From Squalus acanthias (lineage: Eukaryota): a stretch of 64,000 bases of DNA. Shown piece by piece: positions 39,120 to 52,659 of this stretch (within the stretch, counting starts at the first letter, position 1; every line of letters begins with the position of its first letter). The translations under genes and the position numbers were made by a program. Below the pieces are notes generated by a model. The model searched no databases. It was not told the origin of the DNA and was given only the letters and a program-made list of their open reading frames with translations. The DNA is taken from contig CM059432.1 of NCBI GenBank assembly GCA_030390025.1, forward strand, positions 115,508,001 through 115,572,000, read 5' to 3'.

Positions 39120-41490
39120 TTCGGGATGTGGCCAACATTGACATGGCTATATTTATTGCCCATCCGAGAAGATGGTAATAGGCCTTCACCTGGAACAACC
39201 TTAGTCCTTCTGCTGTTGGTGCTTCCATGATGGTGTTAAGTACAGAATTTTAAGCTACTAACCCACCGACGATGAAAGAACAGATATATATCAAAGTCAG
39301 GATGGTGTTTGACTGGAGGGGAACTTGGAGGTGATGGTGTTCCCATGACATTGCTGCTCTTGGTCTTCTTGCTGATAGTTTGCAGGGGAGGGAGTTCCTG
39401 TCGAAGCAATCTTGGTAAGTCGCTGCAGTGCATCCTGTAGATAGTACATAACTACAACCAGTGACTGATGGTGGAGGGGTGGATATAGAGTCCAGTAGCT
39501 GCGGCGCAGACTGCGAGTCCTGGATGGTGTCGAGCTTCTTGAATATTACTGTAGCTGTACTCATCCAGGTTGAGGCTTTGAGGATTAGTAGCTACTCGTT
39601 GCAGAGTACCTAGCCTCTGCTCTTGTAGCCATGGTGTTAATATTGCTGGCCAGTTAAGTTTCTGATCAATGGTAACTCCCAGGATGCTGATGATAGCGTA
39701 CTTAGCAATGGTGGTGCTGTTGAAAGTCAGGGGAGGTGGTTGGACCTTTTCTTCTTGGAAATGGGCAGTGTCTGGCACTTGTGGCACAAATGTTACCTTC
39801 CACTTGTCAGCCCAAGTGTGGATGTTGTCCAGGTCTTGCTTTGGGCTGGCATTGGCTTCATTATCAGGAGTTGTGAATGGAGCAGAACACTGTAGAATTG
39901 TTAGCAAAAAGCCCACTCCTGACCTCATGATGGATGGAAGGACAATGATGAAGCAGCTGAGGATGCTGTCCTGAGGACTGTGATGATTGGCGCGCAACAA
40001 CTATGGCCATCTTCCTTTGCGTCAGCTATTTTCCAGGCACTGGAAGGCTTTTTCGTGACCCCCATTGCTTAAGTTTTGCTAGGGTCCATACTTGGTTGAA
40101 TGCTGCCTTGATGTTAAGGGCAGTTATTCTCATCTCTCCTATGGCATCCAACTCATATTCATGCCTGGAGCAAGAACTGCTATACAGATCTTCAGCATTG
40201 CAGCCAGGATGTTATCAGGGCCCATAATCTTGGCTTGTGTTTAGTACACTCAGCCACTTCTTAGTGACATGTGGAGTTAAGTGATTTGGCTAAACACTGG
40301 CATCTATGATGGTAGGGCTCTTGAGAGGGATCGTCCTAATAACACTTGTGGTTAAAGATATTTGCAAACACTTCAGCTTTGTCCCTTGCAATCACATGCT
40401 GGGCTCCATCATAGTTGAGGATGGGGATGTTCATGGAGCCTCCTCCTACCTATCAGTTGCCTGATAATCCACCACTATTTTTGACAATGTGGTAGGGCCT
40501 CCGAGCTTTGCACTGATACATTGGTTGTGGTCAATGTTCCCCTTAATTTTTTTTGGGTGCATGGACCATTCACAGTTTCACGCATGCGCGAAATTTAACA
40601 TGAGAAAAGCCATCCTGACTGTGCGGGACCGATAGAGACCTGCACGGCCGCACATCTTAAGAGGGAACATTGGTTGTGGTACTGCTTGACTATCTATAAC
40701 ATGCTGCTTTTGGTGTTACCATACAGGTGGGCCCTGTGCTGTAGCTTCACTAGATTGGTGCTTCATTCTCAGGGTTGCCTGATGCTGCTCCTGCATGCCA
40801 TTCTACACTCACCACTGAAACAGGTTTTGTCTCCCGACTTGATGCTGATGGAGGAATGATGGATATGTTGGACCATAAGTTTAAAAACTGCGATGGCATA
40901 AAATTCTGCTACTGCTGAATGCCCGCAGCACCTAATGGTATTCAGTTTTGGCTTCTAGATCGGTCTTTAGTTTGCCTCACTTAGCATGGTGGTGCTGGTT
41001 GTAGGGTCTCCTTACGGTGAAGAGAAGACTTTGTCTTCACAAGGAGTGTGCTGTGGTTACTCTCACCAATGCCATTATGGTAAACATGTCTGCAATAGGT
41101 AGGTTGGTGAGGATGAGGTCTATTAGATTACTGCCTCATGTTACTTCCCACACCCCCGGATGCTGGTCCAGTCTAGCTGTTATGGCCGGTCAGTGGTGGC
41201 ATTACTGAGCCACACTGGGTGGTAGCGGACATTTAAGTCTTCCACCCAGAGTGTGCCCTTACTTTTCCACAGTGCTTCCGCCAAGGAGTGTTCAAATTTG
41301 AGGAGTGCTAGTTCATCAGGTGTGTGGAAGGGATGGTAGGTGATAATCAGCAGGAGTTTTCCATGGCCTCCATTTGACCCGAGTCTACGGGACTCCATGG
41401 GGTCTGGAGTCAAATGCGAGGATTCCCAGGGCCATACCAGCCTAACTGCTTACCACCGTGTCCCCTCCTCTGGTGGGTCTATCCTACTAG
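39120..41490 (-). mobile_element. Degraded non-LTR retrotransposon (CR1/L2-group family distinct from the main CR1)
   Basis: KKLDTIQD, QDLDNIHTWADKWKVTF, ILGVTIDQKLNW; EN-like remnant near 41200-41400. Same family as 55230-57345. Confidence 0.75.
40532..40672. mobile_element. hAT-type MITE, 141 bp
   Basis: Perfect TIR CAATGTTCCC / GGGAACATTG; perfect 8-bp TSD GTTGTGGT (40524-40531, 40673-40680). Confidence 0.9.
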
Positions 41491-41496
41491 TGGGAC

Positions 41497-41573
41497 TTTT
41501 AAATCGAAAAACTGCACATGTGCGGTATTTTGAAGGGACCACGCAGCCCCCCTCAAAATTACAGGGGACATTG
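41497..41573. mobile_element. Partial hAT-type MITE (one end)
   Basis: aaaaactgcacatgtgcggtattttgaa...aaattacaggggacattg. Confidence 0.6.
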
Positions 41574-43227
41574 TTATGTCCCCTTGTTCTGGACTCCCCC
41601 AAAGGAAATAGTTTCTCCATCTATCCCATCAAATCCTTTAATCATCTTAATCACGTGCATTTCAACATTTGCAGAGTACCATGACTAAATCATATCCATC
41701 TCTTCTCTCCTCCAGGGCCATCCAGAGATGAAGGCTCCTCAGAGGAGCTCATTCCTGCTGAGGGCACACCGTCACAGGACACATACGTTGCAAGCATCGT
41801 CACTGATACGAGCACATCGGTGGGTCCTCTTCGACAGTTAGGTGGGATATCACCTGGTGAATTGCACGGCACATGCGAGCATGAGCAGAGTGGTGGGAGG
41901 GACAGCTGTGGAGAATCCACATCGGAGGGCGCAGCTGTCTCTAAGCTCTGCTCAGCTGGACAGAGATGCTGAACTTGGGGGGTCATCAATTAAAAGGAGC
42001 CTGCTAGGCTCAGCAGCAACTGCACGAGGTACTGGCTTGTCCTGCCATGCACACTCTCCGCAATGGCACAGGGGATGGAGGAGTCCAGCTCAAATATTTG
42101 TTGCAGGCCTTTTCAAAGATACAATGTTCCATTCCTCCTGCCGCCTCGATAGAAGTTGAATCACGGCACACAACGAGTCCCTGCAGGCCCAGACAGCGAA
42201 CTTACAAGCTTTGCCCGCTGACATGGCTACCGGCTTCCACATGCTGGCAGATAGATTGGCGTGGTCTTCTACGGTGTCACTGATCTCCTCCAAGCTGCTC
42301 TCCCACAGAGAGGTAGGAGTGATGTGCCACTGGCCGAGGAGAGGGAGGATTCTGACAAGGAGATGAAAGTTCACACTCCTCCCAAAGCGTTTGCACATCT
42401 CACCCGTTTCTCCACCACCACCCCACCAACCAGTACCAGACGTGTTACCCCCTCTCCTGCTGGTCCAGTGATTTTCACAGCCACTGGTAATGCGTGGCCA
42501 CCAGGTGGTCTTGTAGGAGGTTGCAGAGGTCTGTGACCACCTAACATGACAATCCTAGCCTTCGGAAGCACTGCTCCTCTGACAAGTCAAGGAAGCTAAG
42601 CCTCTGTCTGTAGACCCAGTTAGGGGGGTAGGGCCTTCTGCAAGCTCATCCCTTCCGTTGCTCCCTTCTCTGCTGGCCAGCTGCAACTCCCTCCACAGCA
42701 TATCCTCATTCACTTCCTCTTCCTCAGTCCAATCGAGAGCAGCCGTGGCGCCACCCAGCGTGATCTTCTCTGTCTGAATACCTCCAAACTCTCTAAAGAA
42801 GTCTCTCACACCAAGTACTCTCACAAAACCATGTCCCACAGGGAACTGAGAAAGCAGCTTTTAACGTTTATTTACATCTGACCTCCTGACCTTTAACCAC
42901 CCCAATAAAGTGCCATACAATCTCGCCTACGTTTCGCAGACGACTTTCCTGGCCCCCGGGAAACCCGTGCAGCACCAAGTAATTTCAAATCGGGCTCCCA
43001 ATTGCATCATAGAAGCCTGATTTAAAGAAGTTAATGAGCATCTCGTTTCTCAACAGCCTGACACTCTGATGTCCCGACATCCGCCGCCGTAAAAATGGTG
43101 GCGGGCGCGTTCTGCAAACTTGAGTTTAACCCTCTCTTGTCCATCAGAGCTCTACAGGTTGGATAAAATTAAGGAGTAGGCTGGATTAAAATGGCAATCA
43201 ATGGTTTGGACATCCCCAACATAGGTT

Positions 43228-43442
43228 ATTGGAACATAGGAAGAGGAGTAGGTCATTCAGCCCCTCAAGCTCGTTCAGCCATTCAATTAGATCATGGACG
43301 ATCTGTACCTCAACTCCATTTACCCGCCTTTGATCCATATCCCTTGATACCCTTACATAATAAAAATCTGTCAATCGGAGTCTTGAAAATTTCAACTGAC
43401 CCAGCATCCACTGACAGCCTTTAGGTGGAGAGATTTCCAGAT
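43228..43442 (-). mobile_element. CR1 3' tail
   Basis: ggaacataggaagaggagtaggtcattcagcccctcaag..., the reverse of the CR1 3'UTR. Confidence 0.78.
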
Positions 43443-44059
43443 TTAAGGGGCCCCTCGTTTCCCTGAGCAGCTTCATTCAGCTCCAACTCCATTAAAAAAG
43501 CACTACAAACCAAGTATAATGGTAATACATAGAAAAAAAACTAGATTAATCCTTCTCAGAACACTGCTGAAGCTACTCAGCTACACAGATGATTTTGAGT
43601 CATAATCTAAGTCCTAGAAATAGGAAGGAGACTGAAAATTGCAAGTCTCCAGGCCAAACATTCATCAAACATATTTTTAAAATTCAGATTGTATGACATA
43701 CTTTGAACACAAATTCCTTTTCTCTAAGTGCAAATGTTAAAAACTGATGTAAAAAAAAAATGCATTAACATTGAAACTCAAGCTACAGAATAGAAACATC
43801 AACAGCTAAGCAGAATCACTTCAGGGCATCACAATGCATGTCACTCTGCAGCTTCTCAATCCCTCTGCACTGAGAAGTTCACCCCAAACTGATGACAGAG
43901 TAAAAGCAATTAAAAAAACCACGCACACACAAAAGATGGCGAAAAGGAAAAACACAACGGCATTTGTAAAAACAAAACCAGAAAAATCAAAAAGAAACCT
44001 TAATATTCTAATTGGTGAAATAACATAAAAATATATGTACTTTTGTTAAAGTTACCAAC

Positions 44060-44224
44060 CTGCTATGCCCCTTGTCTATAGGGAAAATGCGAATAGATTT
44101 ATCAAAGCTGGCCGAGACAAACTCCTTTCCTGTTGGAGAGTAATCTACATCGAGTACTGCCGATACGTGATCCATATGCACCATTAGGGGAGTATCAAGG
44201 TTGCGCATGTCAAAGGTATACAAG
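44060..44224 (-). CDS. DCAF13: DCAF13 coding exon (probable exon 8), 165 nt
   Basis: atgcag|CTTGTAT...AGCAG|gttggt; encodes LYTFDMRNLDTPLMVHMDHVSAVLDVDYSPTGKEFVSASFDKSIRIFPIDKGHS(R). Phase 2/2. Confidence 0.97.
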
Positions 44225-44774
44225 CTGCATAAAGATAAGAAAACTGATGAAAAACTAGTCTATCACTAGATTATACACAGAAATTTGATATACTTTTTTT
44301 TTTAAATACGTAAAAGGGCAGACATCCAGATTTTTGGGGAAAAGGAGGAAGCAGAATTAACAGCATTTAAGCGTACTGTATATACACAGTTTAAAGTTTG
44401 ACTACAAAAGTTACCAATCAAAATACTTTTGTTATTAAATACTGCCCAACAAGTATTTTTTTGCCGCAGCACATTTACCTACTTTGAACTTGCTTTGTGG
44501 TCTTCATTATTAAGACTTCTAACTTCCCCTTTCAGAAGTTCTGCCATTTGCAGAATTCTTAGTCTTATTTCAAAGAAGCCTTCTTATTCTACTTCCACTA
44601 CCTGGATCTTAGGAAGTGACTAAACTATGACTTGGTTTTAGAAAAAATGCTTCCACAGCCTTTTGCGCAAAAGGTCATGTAGCCATAATAGCAACTTAGG
44701 ATAACAAAAACAGGTTGATAATTTTAGATTTCTGACACGAGCACTTCCTTTCAAAACACAATCTATTCTAATCT

Positions 44775-45331
44775 GCAATTATATAGGGCCCTGGTGAGAC
44801 CACACCTGGAGTACTGTGTACAGTTTTGGTCTCCTTACCCAAGGAAGGATATACTTGCCTTCGAGGGAATTCAACGAAGGTTCACCAGACTGATTCCTGG
44901 GATGGGGGGATTGTCCTATGATGAGAGATTGTGTAGACTAGGCCTATAGTCCCTGGAGTTTATAAGAATGAGGTGATCTCATTGAAATGTATAAAATTCT
45001 TAAGGGGCTTAACAGGGTAGATGCTCGGAGGATGTTTCCCCTGGCTGGGGGGTCTAGAACTAGGGGGTCAGTCTCAGAATAAGGGGTCGGCCATTTAGGA
45101 CTGAGATGAGGAGAAATTTCATCACTCAAAAGGAGAGTGGTGAATCTTTGGAATTCTCTACCCCAGAGGGCTGTGGATGCTCAGAGATCGATAGATTTTT
45201 GGATACTAAGGGAATCAAGAGGTATGGGGACAGTGGGGGAAGGTGGAGTTGAGGTAGATCAGTCATGATCTTATTGAATGGCAGAGCAGGCTCGAAAGGC
45301 CAAATGGCCTACTCCTATTGCTTATGTTCTT
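44775..45331 (+). mobile_element. CR1 3' fragment
   Basis: [17 protein letters not shown] region plus 3'UTR. Confidence 0.88.
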
Positions 45332-45360
45332 AATAGGCAATGAAAAGTTATCCAGTCTCT

Positions 45361-46430
45361 TAGAATCATAGAATCTTACAGCACAAAATGAAGCCCTTTG
45401 GCCCATCATGCCTGTGCCAGCTCTTTGAAAGAGCTGTCCAATTTAGTCCTACACCCCAGCCTTTTCCTCATAACCCTGGAAATTAGTCCTCTTCAAGTAC
45501 ATGCCTAATTGCCTTTTAAAAGTTCCTATGGAATCTGATTCCACCACTCTTTCATGTAGTGTGTTCCAGATCTTAACAATCCTCTGTGTGAAGAAATTTC
45601 TCATTTCCTCTCGAGTTCTTTTGCCAATTATTTTAAATCTATGACCTCTGGTTAACAACCCACTTGCCAGAGGAAACAGTTTCTCCCTACTTTCTCTATC
45701 AAAACCCCTCATAGTTTTGAATATCTCTATTAGGTTTCCTCTGAACCTTCTCTGCTTTAAAGGAAAACAATCCCAGATTCTCCATCTCTCCAGATAACTG
45801 AACTCCCTCATCCCTGGTATCAGCCTGGTAAACCTCCTCTGTACCCTTTCCAGGGCCTTGACATCCTTTATAAAAAGGTGTGGTGCCCAGAATTTTTCAA
45901 TACTGCAGCTGAGGAATAACCAGAGATTTGCAAAGGTTTAGCATGGCTTCCTTTTTTTGTATTCACATTTACAAAGCTCTATTTACAAAGCCAAGTACCG
46001 CATACACCTTCTCAACTTGCCCTACCACCTTCAAAGATTTGTGAATATGCACCCCCAGGTCCCTCTGTTCTTGCACCCCACCTCAAAACAGTACCATTTA
46101 GATTATACTGCATCGCCATGTTCTTTCTCCCAAAGTGCATCCCTTCACACTTACCCGCATTAAATTGGATCCATCATGCGTCTGCCCATTTTATCAGTCT
46201 GTCCACGTCCTCCTGAAGTCTGCTACTATCATTCTCACTATTTACTACGTTGCCAAATTTTGTATCATCCGCAACTTCAAAATTGTACTCCCGAAACCCA
46301 AGTCCAGGTCAGTTATATTTAACAAGAAAAGCAATGGTCCTAATACCAACCTCTGGGTAACCCACTGCATTCTTCTCTCCAGTCAGAAAAACATCCATTC
46401 ACCACTACTCTCTGCCTCCTATCTCTTATG
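45361..46430 (-). mobile_element. CR1 3' portion
   Basis: TRGHRFKIIGK...NFFTQRIVKIWN; (ATTCTATG)-type tail. Confidence 0.85.
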
Positions 46431-46897
46431 TAAGAAAGCAGCAATGTAGGCTGAAGGAGTAACCCACAGATTGTTCCCTCATTCTGAGCCTCATCTCAGA
46501 AGCCTATACCATGTTAATAAACAAGCTATTATGCTTACTGATGGCATTTTTACACAAGATCAACATTGGTGTAATCACTTTCTACACTGAAGAACTGCAG
46601 CTCTGTAACATGAAGTTCCACATATTCATTCCAAGACTTTATCCCAGATTGAGTTAAATCAAGTCGATTCACAATTTGTATCACATAAAAAAAAAGCTAT
46701 ATTCAAGTACAAGTGCTGCAGATTCCTAGAAGTTTCGATCCATTAAAAAAAACAATTTCATAAAGGTATTAAAAGCGTGTAAACAGAGGTGATGGCAGAC
46801 TGAACCAATCTCCAGACCTAACTGTTGAATCCCCACCATCTGAACTCCAGATCTCAGACCACTGTGTAAATATGGTCTTCTGGGGTTTGGGCGAAAT

Positions 46898-47223
46898 GTC
46901 CAAAAATGTGCGGGTTAGGTTGATTTGGCTATGATAAATTGACCCTTAGTGTTAGGGGGGGATTAAATATGTGGGGTTATGGGGATAGGATGGGATACGT
47001 TAGGGGGAATTAAATACGTGGGGTTACGGGGGTAGGATAGGATATGTGTACTGTGGGGAATTAAATACGTGGGGTTACGGGGGTAGGGTGGGATATGTGT
47101 ACTGTGGGGATTAAAGCAGGGACAGGGTATTGGATTTGGATGATCAGCCATGATCGTATTGAATGGTGGAGCAGGCTCGATGGGCCGAATGGCCTACTCC
47201 TGCTCCTAGATTCTATGTTTCTA
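46898..47223 (+). mobile_element. 5'-truncated copy of the same HE1-like SINE
   Basis: Near-identical reverse complement of ~215-497, with one extra internal ~50 bp unit. Confidence 0.85.
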
Positions 47224-50098
47224 TGGGCCATAAAGGGTAAAGTTAGGGAGGAAAACAAAACATCTAAAAGCATTCCCCAACTGGTTTTCACTCCTGGGGA
47301 TAATGTTAAAAATATTTCCAGTGGCTTCAAAGCTATTTTGTATGCATGTGACAACATGTAAATATCATCACACAAATTAACTCAGATTGGGTTTTAGAGT
47401 TGCAGTGTGAATCAGCCCTCCAATCTGGAAATTCAAGTAGATCTGGGAGACCAGTTAGAGAGGTATTGGTAAAAGTAACCAAGTCACTGCTATAATCCTG
47501 GAAGCAGGGCTACTTGCCCAACCTTGCAGGTGGGGAGTGTTTTGTAGTGCAAAGAGGTATCTGATGAAAGCAAATAACATTTCAAAGTAGGGAGGAGACT
47601 GGGAAGAAGAGAGGGGGGGTATAAACATTTCGAAACAGAAAAAAAATTAAATTGCTTTCTTTCATTTTCCTCAAATAGTAAATGAAAACTTTTTTTTTTT
47701 TAATTTACCCTCATCCAATAGTCAGGACAATGGTCAACTCAACTTTGTTACCAAGGGTAAAAATGTCTGAGTGGCTGTGATTTCATTATCCGGCAAGACT
47801 TGCAATGAAACTACAACTTCTTAAAACAGACAGTGACAAGTAATCAATTCACTCACTTATAATCAACAATAAATTCCATCAACTACTTTAAAAGAAATCA
47901 ATGAGCCTTTTCAAGATCGTCACTGTGAACATCCATAAAATTAAATTTAGTGCAGTTTTAGCAAAAATGGCACGATGAGATTTTGGCTGCAACTTTGTAC
48001 AGTAAGCACTATCTACATGATGAAGTACAACAAAAGGTTTCCCTAATACAAAACATAAATGATGCCTAATGCAGGGGGATTCCATTCTTCTGCCCTCACA
48101 TGCAGTACATTTTGAGAAATAAATGAACCTCATCTTCCTTTGAAAGTTATTATAGATAGCTATTTTTAGCTGGGGTTGGGAGAAACAAAACCAAAGAAAC
48201 TTAGCAATCCAAACTGTTACAGGTTCAGAATTCTGTATGCTGCAGGAACACAGAGTACAGTATGGAAGTACTGCCTTATTCTTTCGCAAACATAATGGGC
48301 AAAGCAGGATAAAGACTGGAAGTAATTAAGGCGGACAAATACCTCAAAGATTTGACACTGGTAGTTGATGGAAACAAGACAACGTGGGGAGATTGTACTT
48401 GGGTACAAATGGATAAAATGCATGCCTCCAGACTGAGTCACTGATAGTTAACTCTGGATTTTAATTTCTGCATACAAGGACAGATTCTCCACTATTTTCA
48501 TTTCCTATATATTAACTATGTGGACTACCTTAAATCACTAAGTAAGTCTAAAAACATCCTCAGCAGACATTAAAAAATCAGTATGCAGAGGAAGGATGAA
48601 AGAAGTGGGTATAAAATACTTATCCCTTTAGGTTTGCTATAGCCTGCATTTAAACAAATACTTAATGAATTCCACTTTCAGACATCTTTTCAATATAGTT
48701 AATTTATACTCTCCAAGAACACAGGACCTAGAATTTGGTGAAGAAGGAATGATCCACTGATGTTACTGACAGGGATCATCATTAAGTATCACTGCTGGAA
48801 GTACTGAATCAATGAGTTACAATGCTTTTAATCCAAATTTGATCTACTTTCCATTCAGTGTGCGCCAGTGTTTGCTGATCAATAGTAAAATTTGAATCAG
48901 TACTGTGGTGTAAATGTAGTGACTAAAAGGCCTGGAGGGATTGTGACTCTAGGATTTTTAGTACTTCTTGTAAGATTTGTTCCATGGAGATTCTTGTTGG
49001 TTCTATCAGTTATAAAAAAAACACCCATCCCAGGCATTCACTGAAATCCATACGTGTCAGTATTAAACCACATTTTTCTTTTTAAATCCAGGAAACAGGA
49101 ATTACTACTCTTGCATAATGTTAAAAGCTTCCACAATTCACAGCAAATTTCATGATAGTCTCCATGATTCTTCTTAGCGACACTATGTTCAAGATTCCAT
49201 ACCAGCATTAATCAGGATTTTTCAGGATGGAGCATCAAAATATCAGATTGTGTGTGAAATGCACACAGTAAAAAGAGGTCCTCCATGATCATCAAAACTC
49301 AGTTGATGTGAAATGCATTTTTAGTGACGTACGCATCTTCTGAAAGAATGTATCGTAGAAGATGGCAAAGTTGGGACAGAAATAGGAACTGTCACGAGTT
49401 TGAAACAAGTATCCAACACAAACTGAATTTGCACTTCTTGTACAATTTAGTTGAATGAAATCCAACCAATTTAGAATTTCCGTTTGTATTAGATTGAGCT
49501 CGTCCTTATTCAGTATTTGATTTCCTGAAAAACATGTAACTTTTTTTTTTAAATCAGCGATCTGGACAGGAGGGACTGCTGTCTGAAAAGTGAGGTGTGT
49601 TAACCAGGAAGTTGCATAATTACATAAACAAAATAATTGTTGGTGAGGCACTAGTTATTTAGATATGTTTTTCCAGAACAATGCTCTGAGACAGTGACTT
49701 GAGTTTTCAGAAGATGCAGCTCTCTTATCTTTATACATTAGTCACTGCATACTGGAACTACTGGGACAAGGCCTCTTGCAATGCTAGTTTCTCTGGCTTG
49801 GATGGGGTAAGTCCAGTTTCAAGAATCTTAAACAAATTCCATAATGGCAACCTGCATTTGAATAAATCTGACTCTAGAAGAAATAATTTAGTAAAACAGA
49901 GTCTGTAACCAAACCTATTGCCTACTACTTCCTGCATCTCATCTTTATTTTTAAGCTAACTATATTGAATGCTCTTGTATGGCTCTCAGAACTAAACTGT
50001 AAGGCATCCACTGTACTCCCACACAAGCACAGATCCATCCTCTTTCCTTGCTCTCAGCTTTATACAAATAATTCTAATCTTTTTACAGAAGGAATTAC

Positions 50099-50181
50099 TT
50101 GTAATCCTCATTCGCTCCAGTAAAAATAAAAGCTTCCAAGGGGTTCCAACACATAGTGTTAGTCCGCAGGTCCATGACAAC
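50099..50181 (-). CDS. DCAF13: DCAF13 coding exon (probable exon 7), 83 nt
   Basis: ttttgacag|GTTGTC...TACAA|gtaatt; encodes VVMDLRTNTMCWNPLEAFIFTGANEDY(N), a WD40 repeat. Phase 0/2. Confidence 0.96.
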
Positions 50182-50280
50182 CTGTCAAAATAAAATTTGA
50201 GTATGTTAAGAATAAACAAAGAGAGATGTCACATTTTAATTCTATTCAATTTGATACAAATGGAAAATTAAATGTCATAC

Positions 50281-50358
50281 CTTCTTCAAGGGGGTTGCTT
50301 GCCTTGTATCATATAGAACAATATTTCTATCTGAAGCACAGCTTGCAAGAAGATAGGT
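50281..50358 (-). CDS. DCAF13: DCAF13 coding exon (probable exon 6), 78 nt
   Basis: Minus strand reads ttccattttag|ACCTAT...AAGAAG|gtatga and encodes TYLLASCASDRNIVLYDTRQATPLKK, matching recalled human TFLLGSCASDRNIVLYDMRQATPLKK. Phase 0/0. Confidence 0.96.
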
Positions 50359-50573
50359 CTAAAATGGAAAACAAATTGAACACACCATTTAACACCATTA
50401 CATGTCATTACAGAAACCAAAACCAGCAATACGTAATTAAACCAAGCCTATTCAAGAATCGAGATGGGCCTTGAATCATAGCTAACAACAAAAGGTCCAC
50501 TATCCTGGGTAAGTGCTTACCATTTCATTATTCTTTAAAAAATGTTTAAAGTACATCTAACCACCTTTAAATA

Positions 50574-52262
50574 CATAACATAAGATAAGAAATAGGAGCA
50601 GGAGTATGCCATACGGCCACTCGAGCCTGCTCCGCCATTCAGTAAGATAGATCACGGCTGATCATAGACCTCAACTCCACTTTCCCGCCTGATCTCCATA
50701 TCCCTTGATTCCCCTAGAGTCCAAAAACCTATCCATCTCAGCCTTGAATATACTCAAAGACTCAGCATCCACAGCCTTCTGGGGCAGAGAATTCCAAAGA
50801 TTCACAACCCTGAGTGAAAAAATTCCTTCTTATCTCAGTCTTAAATGGCCTACCGTTATCCTGAGACTATGCCCCCTAGTTCTAGACATTCCAGCCAGGG
50901 GAAACAACCTCTCAGTATCTACCCTGTCAATCCCCTTCAGAATCTTGTATGTTTCAATGAGATCACCGCTCATTCTTCTAAACTCCAGAGTACAGGCCCA
51001 TTTTACACAATCTCTCCTCATCGGACAACCCTCTCATCCCAGGAATCAATCTAGTGAACCTTCGTTGCACCGCCTCCAAGGCAAGTATATCCTTCCTAAG
51101 ATAAGACCACCAAAACTGTGCACAATACTCCAGGTGTGGTCTCACCAAAACCCTGTACAATTGTAGCAAGACTTCCTTACTCTTATACTCCAACCCCCTT
51201 GCAATAAAGGCTAACATTTGCCTTCCTTATTGCTTACTGTACCTGCATGCTAGCTTTCTGTGTTTTTTGCACGACACCCAAATCTCTCTGAACACCAACA
51301 TTTAAAAGTTTCTCACCATTTAAAAAATATTCTTCCTACCAAAGTGAATAACCTCACATTTCCCTACATTATACTCCATCTGCCAGCTTACTGCCTACTC
51401 ACTTAGTCTATCTATATCCCTTTGCAGACTCTGTGTTCTCCTCACAGCTTACTGTCCCACCTAGCCTTGTATCATCAGCAAACTTGGATACATTACACTC
51501 GGTCCCTTCATCTTGGTCATTAATATAGATTGTAAATAGCTGAGGCCCCAACACTGATCCTTGCGGCACCCCACTAGTTACTGCCTGCCAACCTGAAAAA
51601 GACCCGTTTATCCCTACTCTCTGTTTTCTGTCCATTACCCCCAACCGTATGAGCCCTTATCTTGTGTAATAACCTTTTGTGTGGCACCTTATCAAATGCC
51701 TTTTGGAAATCCAAATATACTACATCCACTGGTTCCCCTTTATCTACTCTGCTAGTTACATCCTCAAAACTAATAAATTTGTCAAACACGATTTCCCTTT
51801 CATTAAACCATGTTGACTCTGCTTAATCATGTTATGATTTTTTAAGTACCCTGATACCACTTCCTTAACAATGGATGCCAGCATTCTCCTGACGACTGAT
51901 GTCAGGCTAACTGGCCTGTAGTTCCATGTTTTCTCTCTCCCTCCTTTCTTGAATAGCGGTGTTACATTTGCTACCGTCAGATCCGCTGGGACCATTCAAG
52001 AATCTAGGGAATTTTAGAAGATCAAAACCAATGCATCCACTATCTCTGCGGCCACCTCTTTTAGAACCCTAGGATGTAGGCCGTCAGGTCCAGGGGGATT
52101 TGCTGGCTTTTAGTCCCATTAGTTTCACTAGTACTTTTTCTCTACTTATATTAATTACGTTAAGTTCCTCCACGCTCATTAGACCCTTGGTTCCCCACCA
52201 TTTTTGGTCTGCTTTTTGTGTCTTCTAATGCGAAGATAGATACAAAATATTTGTTTAACGTT
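50574..52262 (-). mobile_element. CR1 LINE RT region, frameshifted
   Basis: [41 protein letters not shown]. Confidence 0.92.
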
Positions 52263-52659
52263 TTCGCATGGAGTTTTTGTTTCTCAATGGAATGTATTTT
52301 TGTTGAGAAAATACATTTAACTATCTTCAATTTACAACTGAGTTTAATGTGCTATTTTCTCAAGGCTAACGATTAAGCTTCTACTAAAAGACACGCCAAC
52401 CTAGAAAACTAACAAAAGCAGAACTGCAGCTTCAAGAAAGCTAACAGTCCCATAAAAGCTGACAACTGAAAAACAGCCATGATTAGAGACCTATAAGTAA
52501 GGTCACTGGTTTACGGTGACTGAATTACTTAAATTCTATTTTTATTACATATGATTCCAGGATTTCTTACCAGTGTAATGCAATTGCATTTTACATAGGA
52601 GCTGGAGTAGGTTATTCAGCTGCTCGAGAGCCCGGGATACAACGTAGCTCTCCAAAGAA

